A stretch of DNA of 63,973 bases, counting the filler, from Barthelona sp. PAP020 (lineage: Eukaryota), in NCBI GenBank assembly GCA_040182905.1. It is 3 parts of 3 records of this genome, joined end to end, with 100 filler letters (N's around TTAATTAATTAA, not from the genome) between each part and the next. Parts side by side here need not be neighbours in the genome. Positions count along the whole stretch, not along the records: positions 22,100 to 43,843 come from JARQWU010000180.1; 2 more parts are not named here. One strand, 5' to 3'. The position numbers and the translations under genes were made by a program. The stretch's first letter is position 1, and every line of letters begins with the position of its first letter. Shown piece by piece: positions 32,081-43,307 of this stretch. Under the pieces are notes generated by a model that was given only the letters and a program-made list of their open reading frames with translations, made no database searches and was not told the DNA's origin.

Positions 32081-32309
32081 CAATTTTCATGAAAACTAAA
32101 AGAAAATTAAAACAATATTTTTTCACTGACATTCTTCATTTTCTGTTAAAGATCACCTTTGTCATTTGTAAATTCAAAACTAATACAACAAAACTCAGAG
32201 AAAAAAATCATTATTTAACAACAAAAACTAAGGAATATTCTTTATATTAATTAAAAACACATCAATTTCAATGCATCAAAAAAACAAAAACGTATTAACA
32301 AATTCTTCA

Positions 32310-32990
32310 TTAAATCCTCAAATATTGATACAGGACTGCAATATCAAAACATATTGATGCACCAAGGACGAATACATGCCAAATAACATGATTGAAAGGC
32401 AAATAATCCCAAAAGAAAAATACCAAAAATCCGATACTGTAAAGAAGACCTCCACCCAAAAGAAGCCCAATGGTTAAAGGATTCAAAATTTCTAATAAAT
32501 AAGGCAAACAAGGGGCAATTAACCAACCTTCAAGCAAATACAAGACAAAACTTAAGGATAAACATTTTCCTTCCATTGGAGCAAACAATTTTTGGAAAAT
32601 TCCAAAGATTGTGATGGCCCAACAAGCAATACAAACGAGTGTTAACAAATTCTTTTGAACAAATCCAAAACATAAAGGAGTATAGGTTCCTGCGATTAAT
32701 AAATAAATGGATAAATGATCAACTCTTCTCAATTTTTCTTTAACTTCATGATTGGTTAACCATTGTGGTAAATGATAAATAGAACTGGCAGTAAATAAAA
32801 CTAACATGGACAAACTATATAAAATTCCGGCTACTAATGAAGGAATCTTTCGTTTTTGAATAGAAATTACTGACAAAGTAACTAACATTATTAAAGAAAG
32901 AATGACCCCGATTCCATGGGAAATTACATTCCACTTTTCTTCTTCAGGTGTTTCGGCATGAAACACATCTTCATCACGACAAGGTGGCAT
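32310..32990 (-). CDS. Hemolysin III / PAQR family membrane protein
   Basis: EEKWNVISHGIG, SSIYH, RRVDHLSIYLLIAGTYTP, HVIWHVFVLGAS; 7 TM. Confidence 0.92.
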   Translation of the reverse strand: MPPCRDEDVFHAETPEEEKWNVISHGIGVILSLIMLVTLSVISIQKRKIPSLVAGILYSLSMLVLFTASSIYHLPQWLTNHEVKEKLRRVDHLSIYLLIAGTYTPLCFGFVQKNLLTLVCIACWAITIFGIFQKLFAPMEGKCLSLSFVLYLLEGWLIAPCLPYLLEILNPLTIGLLLGGGLLYSIGFLVFFFWDYLPFNHVIWHVFVLGASICFDIAVLYQYLRI

Positions 32991-33194
32991 TTTTAAAGAA
33001 ATCTTATTTCAAAATGTTTCAATTTAAAAAAAAAAAAATTTCTGTAGATGAGAATCAATCGAATTTAGATTTCTTTCTTTCTTTCTTCAATTGTTTTTAT
33101 TTTTTTAATTCTTTGATTATCAGTTTATTCATTGTAAATCTGTTCAAAATTAAAAAAAAATAATGTCATTTTGGACTTTTTTTATTGGCTTTGA

Positions 33195-33818
33195 ATGTCA
33201 GATGATAATCTTTCAGTTTATTGTTGGGAATGCTCAAATTGGCACAAGTCAAAAGTCTTAAATGATAGTACAATTGTTTGTTCAGTTTGCCATTCTTTTG
33301 CTGTAAGTTTTTACAGTTCTGATGTTGAAACTGTTTCTGAAAATGAAATTGATGATCCAATAGATGTTAAAAATGATGATGATGATGAAGAAGAAGAAGA
33401 AGAAGATGATGATGAAGAAATAATATCACCATATGAACATTTTTCCAACATTTTTTCATTTGGTTTCAATGAAATTGTACCAAATGTATCTTTTGCAAAT
33501 ATCACCAATGGATTTAGAAATAATTTTTTTGAAAACATGGTGAAGTTTAATGATGTGAATGTTAGAGCTGTTATTGAAGAATTGCATCGTCAATCTCGAA
33601 ATAATATTGATATTTCTGATAAATTGTTAAGCTTATTGACCTGTTTCCATTGTCCTTATGATTTGGTTGGTGAGACTTGTCCAGTATGTTTTGAGAATTA
33701 TAAATTGAAAGCAAAATTGGTTTTATTACCATGTGACCACATATTTCATGTTGAATGCTTGATGGAATGGTTGAGACTAAATAATTCTTGTCCAATATGC
33801 CGGAGGAAAGTTTCCTGA
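33195..33818 (+). CDS. RING-H2 E3 ubiquitin ligase, RNF126/RNF115-like architecture
   Basis: N-terminal YCWEC...CSVC zinc ribbon; C-terminal CPVCFE...LPCDHIFHVECLMEWL...SCPICR. Confidence 0.88.
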   Translation: MSDDNLSVYCWECSNWHKSKVLNDSTIVCSVCHSFAVSFYSSDVETVSENEIDDPIDVKNDDDDEEEEEEDDDEEIISPYEHFSNIFSFGFNEIVPNVSFANITNGFRNNFFENMVKFNDVNVRAVIEELHRQSRNNIDISDKLLSLLTCFHCPYDLVGETCPVCFENYKLKAKLVLLPCDHIFHVECLMEWLRLNNSCPICRRKVS

Positions 33819-34126
33819 ACGATTATTGGATTGTAGAGTATCTTTTTTTGTTCAAGTACTGTACTTTGGCATTACTTCTCCAAAAGTTTGACCTTCAACG
33901 AACTTTTCCTATGCTTTATTCATTCTGTTGAAATCTGGCAAAATAAATTTTGTTGATTTTTTTTTTTTTGAATTCAAGTTGATCATTTTGCTGCATTATC
34001 AAATTCAAAAATGATCAGTTTTTATTATTGATTACACAATCAATGGAATCGAACATTTTGACAATGAAACAGCGACAATCTTCTCACAAAAAACCAAAAA
34101 CAAATAAAAATGGAAAAAGTATTTCT

Positions 34127-35410
34127 TTACAACAACTCAAAAGCGTTTGTGCGGATTTTTCGGGAGCTCATATTCATTTTATCCTTGCTATTTAATAAGG
34201 TTTTAATCTCAGAAGGTCTAGATGAATCAACAGGTCTGACCGTTAGATAATTTTGTTTCAAGAATATATTTGAAAGATTGTCTTCATCCTCAGCAGAACT
34301 TAGATAGTTTGATGGTTGATATTTAGGAGTATCAACACCAGCAAAATCAACGCTCTCTATCTGTTGAGATAAGAGTTGATTTGCCTCTTTAATCGTTCTA
34401 GGAGTTAACATTGACATGGTAACGGTGGGTCTTTGTACAATAGGCTTAGTTTTCTTGGGTTGAGTCTTTACTAAAGTCTTCTCAGAGTGAGACGCAAGCA
34501 TTGCAGGATTTAAACTACAAGCAAGTTCTATAAAGTCTAATTTTTTAAGATTTTCCGGTAAAACTTCGTTCATTGTAAATCTTTGTCCATTATTTGAAGA
34601 CAATCTAGCCTTTTTGTACAATTCTTCTTCTTTTTCATTCACTTTAAGCTTACTATAATCAATTTGTATGTTGTTTGGCTTATCTAATGACTCTTTAGTT
34701 TGTTTGGTTTTCCACACTCGATCCACCAAGAAATTTCCAGTGTTGACTTCATTCTCAGTGGCAAACATCTTTGAGCGATCAATATTTGCATTTAAATCTG
34801 AAAACTTAGGATTTATTGTCTCACTGAAATCCTTCTTTTGTGTGGACATGAAGGAATGTGATTTACTGGCGGCGTTCGAATGATCTCTAGCATTTTCAAG
34901 GCGAAAATGTTGATCAAGCAATTCATCTTTTAATTTCTTTTTTCTCTTTTCAACAAATTGGGTTTGACTCATGGTTGATCGCTCAGCATTTCGTTTTGCT
35001 AAATTGGCTTGCAATTTATTCTCTTCACGAAGTTCAGGAGGTATCCAATATTCACTAATCTCTTTCAAAGCCTTTGCTCCATCATTTCGCATATTTTCTC
35101 TACGGCTATCTTTCATTTCTTCTTGGCTTTTATGATTGTTAGTTTTAATGTCTGAATTTGTAATTATCTTTAATTCATATTCTTTTTTCAATAAAGGAGC
35201 TTCTTTTGATACATCTTGTTTTGGTTGAACTTTTAGTATGGAAATTCTATCGATATTTGGAATTTGTAAACCATTATCTCTTTTATTTGATGATTTTCTT
35301 TGGTTTAATAATTCAGTTCGTGTTTGAATTTTTGGTACATGATTGAAATCAGTATATGGATCACCCAATTCATGAGTTCCATTACACATAACATCAATCG
35401 AAGTTATCAT
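34127..35410 (-). CDS. Hypothetical hydrophilic protein (427 aa)
   Basis: Long ATG-initiated ORF; no family recognised. Confidence 0.7.
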   Translation of the reverse strand: MITSIDVMCNGTHELGDPYTDFNHVPKIQTRTELLNQRKSSNKRDNGLQIPNIDRISILKVQPKQDVSKEAPLLKKEYELKIITNSDIKTNNHKSQEEMKDSRRENMRNDGAKALKEISEYWIPPELREENKLQANLAKRNAERSTMSQTQFVEKRKKKLKDELLDQHFRLENARDHSNAASKSHSFMSTQKKDFSETINPKFSDLNANIDRSKMFATENEVNTGNFLVDRVWKTKQTKESLDKPNNIQIDYSKLKVNEKEEELYKKARLSSNNGQRFTMNEVLPENLKKLDFIELACSLNPAMLASHSEKTLVKTQPKKTKPIVQRPTVTMSMLTPRTIKEANQLLSQQIESVDFAGVDTPKYQPSNYLSSAEDEDNLSNIFLKQNYLTVRPVDSSRPSEIKTLLNSKDKMNMSSRKIRTNAFELL

Positions 35411-35697
35411 TATATGAAAATGGAATTAAATATTGAAAAAAAAATTAAAATTGAAAAAAACTCAAATTTGTTTATATTCTTTAATTTTTAATGAATGGAT
35501 ATTATAAATATTATAAATAATAAATAAATGAATCAATTAAAATAAAAATTAATCAAAAAAATTTAAAGACCAAATTGTTGATTTGATGGATGTTTTTAAA
35601 CCAATCAATTTTTGAACGAAAAGAAGTGATCATCACACAATTTATTTTGTCTAGAAATGAATTTTTTGTGTTATAACAACAATTGATTTGTGAAAAT

Positions 35698-37398
35698 ATG
35701 AAAAAAATTTCTATTTTAATAGTATTGCTATTTATTTTTCTATATAATATTAAATGTATGGATTTAAGTTTAAACTTGCATAATGATTTGCTTCAAAAAG
35801 GAAAGACAATATTTGATTCATATAATATTAATCCATCAACTTGTTGGAAAGATATTTTAAGATATATTGAAACTTCTAATAGTTGTAAGGATATTTCTGA
35901 TAATGAGAGACGTAGATTAAGCATAAAATTAACAAATTGTCATTTGCAAAATTCTTTGCTGAAGTTTAAGCCTTACAGATGTAAGGATAATGAATCTGTT
36001 GATAAATGTGCCAATCGTTTTACTGAAAGTCATTTTGTTATTTATAGTAATTTTTTTGCACATGCTAATGAACTATGTTATTTCCTGGAACAACAATATT
36101 TTCAATTACAAATCAGTGGAATTATGAACAATTTAATCAACACCACGATAAACACAAGTGATTCTTTGGAGAATATTTTTCAAATTTCGACAAAAGTTTC
36201 TGATGATTTGGAGAATTCAATAAGCTATGTCAGAAATCTTGAGATATTGTTTAATAATATGAAATTAAATTTGGATGCTGAAACAATGGATATGAAGGAG
36301 AATCTTAATGCAATCAATCAAGTTACACAGCAAACGTTTGATGAAACGCAACAAATTTTAATCCAACAAAGTGGTAAATTTTTGAAGATTAATAATTTGT
36401 TAGATACACAGTTTTCAGTGATAAATGACAATAATCAATATTTAAATAATATATATTATGACATAATTGAAGTTAACCAAACAATAGAAAATCAATTTAA
36501 TTTTTTGAAAAATGCAGGCAAAATTTTTGAAAAGAAAATTAATCAATCAATTGAATTAGGGGAAGATTTAATGAAATTAAACACTGATCTGATGAATATA
36601 AGTGTTGATTTGAATGAGTCAATGTTAGAATCATTGAATAAGCACGTGGAAACCCAAAATATTGTAAATGAGTCACTTAGTAAGATTGAAATCATTGACG
36701 ATCGGTTAACCATGTTTGAAAAAAAAATAGATGTTGCAGCTTCAAAATTAGAGAATTTTGAGAGTAAAATTGAGTCTTTTGAAAAAATGTTTGAAAGTTT
36801 CCAGCAAAACTTCCACAAAAGTTTGGAAAGTTTAAACACATTGGAAAAGTTGATTGAAATATCAAATAAAGAAACGTTTAACATATTGGAAATGTCAAAA
36901 GACTCAAAGCAATATTTGAATGATTTGCAACAACAAACCACTGTTTTGAATGATCGTGTTTCATCCTTAGATAGTTTGGTGAATGAAAAGTTTGCGAATG
37001 TTTTTAATTTTCTGAAAGTTAATCATGTTAATTTTTCGGCTATTGGTTTTTTCATTTTGAATTTACTGTTACTGAGGGTTTTTTCTTTTTGCCTGTCTTT
37101 GAAGGCACAGTTTGTTGCGGCTTGTATTATTGTGTTGCAACTGATTCTTGATGGGAAGTATCAATTGTCAGTTTGGTTTTCTTTGGCTTTACAGTTGTTG
37201 TTATATGTTTTTGATATCTTTAAACCATTAAAAAGCAGAAAATCCAAAAACACAAGAAGAACAAATAAGTCGAATATATTTAACACACCTGCAAATAGTA
37301 ACAAAGCCTTTTCAGACGTTGACTATGATGAGACGTACGATGATGAAAATGATGATATTTATATGGAGGGTAGAATTAGTGTTTCTCCCACAGACTGA
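35698..37398 (+). CDS. GEX1: Nuclear fusion (karyogamy) protein, GEX1/KAR5/Brambleberry family
   Basis: Signal peptide; Cys-rich domain CW...C......RRRLSIKLTNCHL...C...C...YSNFFAHANELCYFL; long coiled coil; about 3 C-terminal TM helices. Confidence 0.88.
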   Translation: MKKISILIVLLFIFLYNIKCMDLSLNLHNDLLQKGKTIFDSYNINPSTCWKDILRYIETSNSCKDISDNERRRLSIKLTNCHLQNSLLKFKPYRCKDNESVDKCANRFTESHFVIYSNFFAHANELCYFLEQQYFQLQISGIMNNLINTTINTSDSLENIFQISTKVSDDLENSISYVRNLEILFNNMKLNLDAETMDMKENLNAINQVTQQTFDETQQILIQQSGKFLKINNLLDTQFSVINDNNQYLNNIYYDIIEVNQTIENQFNFLKNAGKIFEKKINQSIELGEDLMKLNTDLMNISVDLNESMLESLNKHVETQNIVNESLSKIEIIDDRLTMFEKKIDVAASKLENFESKIESFEKMFESFQQNFHKSLESLNTLEKLIEISNKETFNILEMSKDSKQYLNDLQQQTTVLNDRVSSLDSLVNEKFANVFNFLKVNHVNFSAIGFFILNLLLLRVFSFCLSLKAQFVAACIIVLQLILDGKYQLSVWFSLALQLLLYVFDIFKPLKSRKSKNTRRTNKSNIFNTPANSNKAFSDVDYDETYDDENDDIYMEGRISVSPTD

Positions 37399-37626
37399 TA
37401 AATTTTTGTTTTTTGTTCTTATAAATTGATGTAGATGGAACAAACTTGGTGGAATTACGAGTTTATTGGAATTATGAAACAGTATCGGAGAACAATACCC
37501 GAAAAAAATCAATTTTTTGCTTCAAAGCCTGATACTCTTTCATTTGCATTATTGAAATGCCTTTAACAGTTCAAGTCTGGAAAGAGAAATTGATGAGTAA
37601 AGAGATTTTTTTTTTATTAGGCTGTC

Positions 37627-38559
37627 ATGTCAAACAAACAGATTGTTGTTCATAATGGTGCAATGCATGCTGATGAATGTGCATGCGTATGGATGTTAAA
37701 ACAACTTCCTGAATTCGCCGAACATGAAGTTGTTCGTACTCGAGATAAAGATATTATTGAACATGCAGATATTGTTTGTGATGTTGGTGATATTTATGAC
37801 CATGAAAAAAAAAGGTATGATCATCATCAAAGTGGTTTTGAAGAGAAATTTAATGATAATGCAATTACCAAACATTGTGCAGCTGGATTAATATATCGCC
37901 ATTATGGAAAAGATGTTATTTTATCTCTTTATCCTGATCTTGCCATTGAAGATGTTGATGCAGCCTATGAAAGCATGTATTGGGATTTTTTCCACATGAT
38001 TGATGCCAACGATAATGGTGTTGATCGAATTAAAAATACTTCCCTTTATCTTTACAAAGATTACACTTCTTTGCCAAGCAGAATTAATTTTTTGGATCAA
38101 ACTGAATTTGATTTAGGTGTTGAAATGTGTGGTGTCGATTTTAAAAGTATTTTGAAATATTTCATTGAAACCATTTTGCCTGCAAGAAAAGTTTTCGAAA
38201 AAGCTTGGAAATCGCGTCACGATATTCATTCCTCTGGTAAAATTCTTGTCCTTGATAATCATGCACCAGTCTTCGGTTATATTTATGATGAGGAAGAGGA
38301 AAATGAAAAAGTGCTCTTTATTGTCTTTCCAACTGAAGAAGGTGATTATAGAATTCGTTGTGTTCCTGAAAGAGGACAAAAATTTTCAAACAGAAAATCT
38401 TTTCCTAAAAATTGGGGTGGAAAAAGAGATCAAGAATTGTCGGAACTTGTTGATGTTGAAGATGCTATTTTTGTTCATACAGGACGTTTTATTGGTGGTG
38501 CAAGAAGCAGAGAAAGTGCCATTAAAATGGCTATTTTAGCTGTTGAAAACGATGAATAA
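37627..38559 (+). CDS. MYG1: MYG1 family exonuclease
   Basis: HNGAMHADE, VVRTRD, DVGDIYD...RYDHHQ, AGLIYRHYG, IDANDNG, WGGKRDQELS, FVHTGRFIGG. Confidence 0.95.
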   Translation: MSNKQIVVHNGAMHADECACVWMLKQLPEFAEHEVVRTRDKDIIEHADIVCDVGDIYDHEKKRYDHHQSGFEEKFNDNAITKHCAAGLIYRHYGKDVILSLYPDLAIEDVDAAYESMYWDFFHMIDANDNGVDRIKNTSLYLYKDYTSLPSRINFLDQTEFDLGVEMCGVDFKSILKYFIETILPARKVFEKAWKSRHDIHSSGKILVLDNHAPVFGYIYDEEEENEKVLFIVFPTEEGDYRIRCVPERGQKFSNRKSFPKNWGGKRDQELSELVDVEDAIFVHTGRFIGGARSRESAIKMAILAVENDE

Positions 38560-38834
38560 ATAATGAACTTAACTTTGATTTTTTGTTGTTTTTCATTGTT
38601 TTTCTTGGTATAGTTTGAAACCATATTTATGGTTCTTTTGAAAAACAGAGAAGACTTCATTCAAAGGATTGAATTCACTGAAAAGAATCATTAATTCAAG
38701 TTAATTATCTCATAGAATTGAAAAGTTTAAAATATATATTATATAATGATTTGAATAACCAAATTTGAAATAATAAATGATTCAGTTGACAACAATTCAC
38801 TTTTTTTTTTAATTTTATAGTTTATGCACAAAAA

Positions 38835-40661
38835 ATGGATGAAACGATAGAATCACGAATAAATAATGATGAGGAAGATCCATTAAATACTCCAAAATGT
38901 GAATTTCAGACTCCTTTGATAAGTAATAGTGAAAAAGACTTGAAATTAAAATTAAGAACTGCCACCAGGGCATATAAAATGTTAAATGAACAAAAAATAT
39001 TCTTTGAAAAGTTATTAAAAATACTTTGTCCCACAGCAAATTATAATGATGTTGAATCTACAAAGAATTCAATAAGGGAAATAGCTTTAAAATTAGATAT
39101 GTATGATAAACAAAAAAGAAATGAAGATTCAAATGTTGAAACAAATGATGAAACAGATCATATTGATTCAAAAGAAATTGAGTCATTAAAAGAAAATGAA
39201 ATTTCTGAACTTAAAGATGAGATATGTCAAATGAAAAATAAATTTGATGAAATAAACAATGAAATGCGTGTTGTGAAAGGAAAATATTCAACAATACAAG
39301 TAAGGATCAGCAAATTTGCTAAAGAATTGGGAGTCATCACTTCTAACACTGCTTCTGATTATGATTTATTGGAGGATAAGATGCGAACCATTCATTCTAA
39401 CAGTAATATTTTGCAACAGGAAGTTAAGTCTTTAAAACAAGTTATTCAAAGCTTAAATACTGATATTGATGATTATAAAGAAGTGAATGAAACAAATGAA
39501 CAATTAAATGCTGAGATTAGTGTGATTAAAAGAAAACTTGAAGAATCTGAAAAGTCGAATCTTAATCATGAAAAAAAGTACAAGGAAATGATGGAAAAAT
39601 TTGACTTAAGTGAAGAAAAAAATCGGAATAAGGCCAGATTAATTGAAGAAATGGAGACTATGATTGAAAAAGAAAAATTAACGTTAAAACAAAAGAAAGA
39701 ACTGTTAAATAATTCGAATAGTTTCATTGTTGATTGTAATCAGCAATTTTGGAAGTTTAATCGTGATGTTGAAATGATTGAAAAGCAGGATTCCTTTATC
39801 TTAAATATATTTCCAGATCAAAATGATCAAGAAGATGATTTAGAAATTGAAAACGATCAAAGAGAAATATATATTCCATTGAGCAAATATAAGGAGATTG
39901 AACATGCATTAAAATTACAAAGAATTGCTAATGAACAACAAAGACAACAATTTCAGGAATTTAGAAGCGCTACACAAGAGTTATTGATACAGAAACAAGA
40001 AGAATTAGAAGAAGAGAAAAAACAAAAATTGGAAAATGATTTAAATAAAAAGAATAAGATGGAACAATACATACAAACTTATGATACTTCGCAAAATATT
40101 GATGATTTGCTGAGAGATATGAAAGTAAATGCTGATTTGCTTGAAAAAACAAAAAAAGAATTGCTTTCAATCGAAGACAAGTTAAACTTTGCAAACAATG
40201 AAATAAATACATTGAAAAAAGAAATTTCTTTATTTCAAGTAAATAACAACGAATTGCAACTAACAAACAATGAATACATGTTATTAATAAAAAAACAAAA
40301 GACATCCATTGAAGACAATAAGATAAAGATCAAAGAATTACAAGAGAAATTAAACAGAATACAGTTAGACCAAGTTATGTCTCTTTACCCCCTTGTTGCT
40401 GATAAAAATGATGAAAAAGACTCCATAACATCTTTTGAAGAAGAAAAATGCAGTCATTGTGAAGAATTAGATACACAAATTAAACAATTGAATGTAGAAA
40501 TTGTTTATATTCGTTCAATCATGGCTGAGTTCTTAGTTGCAAAAAAAATTGAACAAGAATCTATGTTGGACATTATTTTTGATGTTTTAAATCTTAATAT
40601 TGAAAAACAACAAAAAATTATGGCAAAATATTCAAAAAACAAGTTGTTTAAAATCTTTTAA
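38835..40661 (+). CDS. Coiled-coil golgin with C-terminal GRIP domain
   Basis: Extended coiled coil; C-terminal EIVYIRSIMAEFL...QESMLDIIFDVLNLNIEKQ resembles GRIP (EYLKNVLLxF...LLxVIxxLLxF). Confidence 0.65.
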   Translation: MDETIESRINNDEEDPLNTPKCEFQTPLISNSEKDLKLKLRTATRAYKMLNEQKIFFEKLLKILCPTANYNDVESTKNSIREIALKLDMYDKQKRNEDSNVETNDETDHIDSKEIESLKENEISELKDEICQMKNKFDEINNEMRVVKGKYSTIQVRISKFAKELGVITSNTASDYDLLEDKMRTIHSNSNILQQEVKSLKQVIQSLNTDIDDYKEVNETNEQLNAEISVIKRKLEESEKSNLNHEKKYKEMMEKFDLSEEKNRNKARLIEEMETMIEKEKLTLKQKKELLNNSNSFIVDCNQQFWKFNRDVEMIEKQDSFILNIFPDQNDQEDDLEIENDQREIYIPLSKYKEIEHALKLQRIANEQQRQQFQEFRSATQELLIQKQEELEEEKKQKLENDLNKKNKMEQYIQTYDTSQNIDDLLRDMKVNADLLEKTKKELLSIEDKLNFANNEINTLKKEISLFQVNNNELQLTNNEYMLLIKKQKTSIEDNKIKIKELQEKLNRIQLDQVMSLYPLVADKNDEKDSITSFEEEKCSHCEELDTQIKQLNVEIVYIRSIMAEFLVAKKIEQESMLDIIFDVLNLNIEKQQKIMAKYSKNKLFKIF

Positions 40662-41421
40662 GAGAAAAAAATTTTTTCTTCGTTTTTGTCAAAAATAAAC
40701 CTTATTCTCGCCTTTTTTTTTAAATAAGTCATCAAATCTTTACAGATAGGTCTGTTATTCAAGCAAAATGTTAATGATTAACTTTTCTATTATTCAATGA
40801 AAACTTTATTGAAGAATTAAAAAAGTAAGATCTCAACCAAAAGAATAATCGAATGAGAGCAGTAATGTTTATTTTGTCGATGAAGTGTGAACATTTGGGG
40901 AAAACTTTTTATCATTTTCATCAAATTCTTTGTATTTTTGCTTGAGGAAATTTGTCAAGAAAACGATCGTGTCTCAAAGTCATATGTTGACGCAAGGTTA
41001 TGAAAATCATTTGTTTATTTCTGTTCTGTATCAAATTAATTGGGAGATGATTGAATTTGTTTTGTTTGAGAGGGTGAATTTTTCCTTTTGGAATTTGTCA
41101 ACAATAAAAGTTGAAATTTATCTTTCCATTTGCTTGACCAGTTGTTTGGGATACTGAATAAATGTTTGGAATCTTATTGACATATTCGATCATTTCATGT
41201 TTCGCCTTTTTGTGAGGTTTTTTAGCTTTTAGCTTTTATCAAATCATAGAACCAATGATTCTCTCTAACAATTCACATCTTGCCTCAGTAGACATGTTTA
41301 ACAATTACTAACTGAAAAAAATAAATTGGAGATTTTTTTTAGTCTTATCGTTTATTGTTTAATATCAAGAGGTACCGATTATTCTTGAAAAATTAATTTA
41401 TATAATAATTGTTATGTTAAT

Positions 41422-43179
41422 ATGAATATATTTAAAGTTGGTTCAAGAATTCGATTAAAAAGAGATGAAAAAAGGCCTGTTGAATGGTATGGATTTATTA
41501 GATATATTGGTGAAATTCATGTGAAAAGTGGGACTTGGTTTGGAATTGAATTGGACGAACCTTTCGGGAAAAATGATGGAAAAGTGAAGGGTGAACGATA
41601 TTTTCGTTGTGACCCAAAGCATGGTATTTTTGTTACTGCTAAAAAAATTGAATTGTTGGATGAAAATGATGAATTGATTGACAATGATGAGTCTTTCAAT
41701 TATGATTCAGTGGTTACTTCCAGTGTTGCTGAAATATTAGAACCCAATTCAGATATCAAAATTCAGATTGATGTTGAGGCCCAAGAAAAGAAAAAAGAAA
41801 AAGCAAAAGATTTGTCAAAAACATCCACTGTTGAATTGTTTGAAACCTTAAAAGGACTCTCAAATAATTTTTTTGATTCTCACGATATTATTAAAGAGTT
41901 AGAAATGAGATTCGAACATTTAATTTTGACGGTAAAAAAATATAAATTGCAAGAAAGAACTGAAGAAAGAAGCAAAGAAAGTTTACGAAGTAATAAAAAG
42001 GAAAATAAAATGATGGAAACAAAAACAACAAAAATGGCGAGATATTGCAGAGAATTAAAAGAAGAAATGAATGAAACACAGAATAAATTTGATCAATTAA
42101 AGAAGGAAAATTTTTTTGAAAAGAAAAGCAGGCAAAATTTGGAAAAAAAATTAAAAAACTTTCATGAAACAAAAAACATTCATAATCAAATGAGTTGTCT
42201 AAACACCCAAATTACCAATGAAATGAAACTTAAGACTGAGTTATTGAAGAAGAAAAATAAAAAATTAGGTAAAATCTTGAAGAATTCATTTAAAACTCAA
42301 AGAGTTCAAGAATTTGATTTGATTAGTTTAAAAAACATTGTTAATCATTTGAAACATGATAATTTTGTGTTACAAATAAAGAATGTTAAGCAACATATTC
42401 CTGTATATTTACAAGCTCGTGTGCCTATTTTTTTGCCGAAGCACAAATTTAATGAAAAAATTCATCAAACTTTCAGCTTGGTACAATATTTTTCCGAACA
42501 ATTTTCTTATATTCTTCAGCAGCATAAAATTGTTAAAGATTCCGAAGAATTGTTTCAATTTTGTTTGCTTTATCATTATTTGTGCATTAAAGATACCATA
42601 GAAATGAAAGACTATGAAATCATCAGAGATTTGCAATCAAGTAGTGTTTCTATTTCTGCTAGACACATTTCTGCTCAAATATTGTTTGCAAACACAAAAA
42701 TTTTTTACTTTTCATATTTAATTTTTGTTTTATGTAATTTTCAATTGAAGAATGAACAACGTTTGATGTTTCAAGATTGTGTCATCAATATAGTGACTTT
42801 TGATTCTGATATTACTCTTCCTTACTTTGAAGTTCCTGCGCTTTCTTCTTTAAAACATCCATTTGATGAACTATCAAGTCTTTTAGATTGTTTATCAAAT
42901 GTTGTTGGAAATTCTGAAACACCATCTTATTTAAATCTGCTACATGCTCTATTTGAACAACAAAAACAAGAAGAAGAAGAAGAAAAAACTACTAAAACAA
43001 ATTTTATTTCCAATAACGAATTAATACTGACAGAAAATAATCAAGAAACGCAAAAACTCAAAAAATTACTGGAAGTCAAAGAATATGAACTCAACCTTCA
43101 GAGATCTGTTTGTCTTGAATTAAAAAAACAACTTTCTGATATATTGGAAAAAGAAGAAGTTGATTATGAAGTATTCTAA
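41422..43179 (+). CDS. CAP-Gly domain coiled-coil protein (p150Glued/CLIP-like)
   Basis: GFIRYIG...GTWFGIELDEPFGKNDGKVKGERYFRC...GIFV with intact GKNDG; coiled coils follow. Confidence 0.88.
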   Translation: MNIFKVGSRIRLKRDEKRPVEWYGFIRYIGEIHVKSGTWFGIELDEPFGKNDGKVKGERYFRCDPKHGIFVTAKKIELLDENDELIDNDESFNYDSVVTSSVAEILEPNSDIKIQIDVEAQEKKKEKAKDLSKTSTVELFETLKGLSNNFFDSHDIIKELEMRFEHLILTVKKYKLQERTEERSKESLRSNKKENKMMETKTTKMARYCRELKEEMNETQNKFDQLKKENFFEKKSRQNLEKKLKNFHETKNIHNQMSCLNTQITNEMKLKTELLKKKNKKLGKILKNSFKTQRVQEFDLISLKNIVNHLKHDNFVLQIKNVKQHIPVYLQARVPIFLPKHKFNEKIHQTFSLVQYFSEQFSYILQQHKIVKDSEELFQFCLLYHYLCIKDTIEMKDYEIIRDLQSSSVSISARHISAQILFANTKIFYFSYLIFVLCNFQLKNEQRLMFQDCVINIVTFDSDITLPYFEVPALSSLKHPFDELSSLLDCLSNVVGNSETPSYLNLLHALFEQQKQEEEEEKTTKTNFISNNELILTENNQETQKLKKLLEVKEYELNLQRSVCLELKKQLSDILEKEEVDYEVF

Positions 43180-43307
43180 CTTCTATATTTTCGTTGAAAA
43201 AATAAATACTTCCACAAATACATACATTCATGGTTTTTTATTTTTTTATTTTTTTACCCCAATTTATTGTTTTGCTGTAAAATAGATTATGACCTTTAAT
43301 TTGACAT

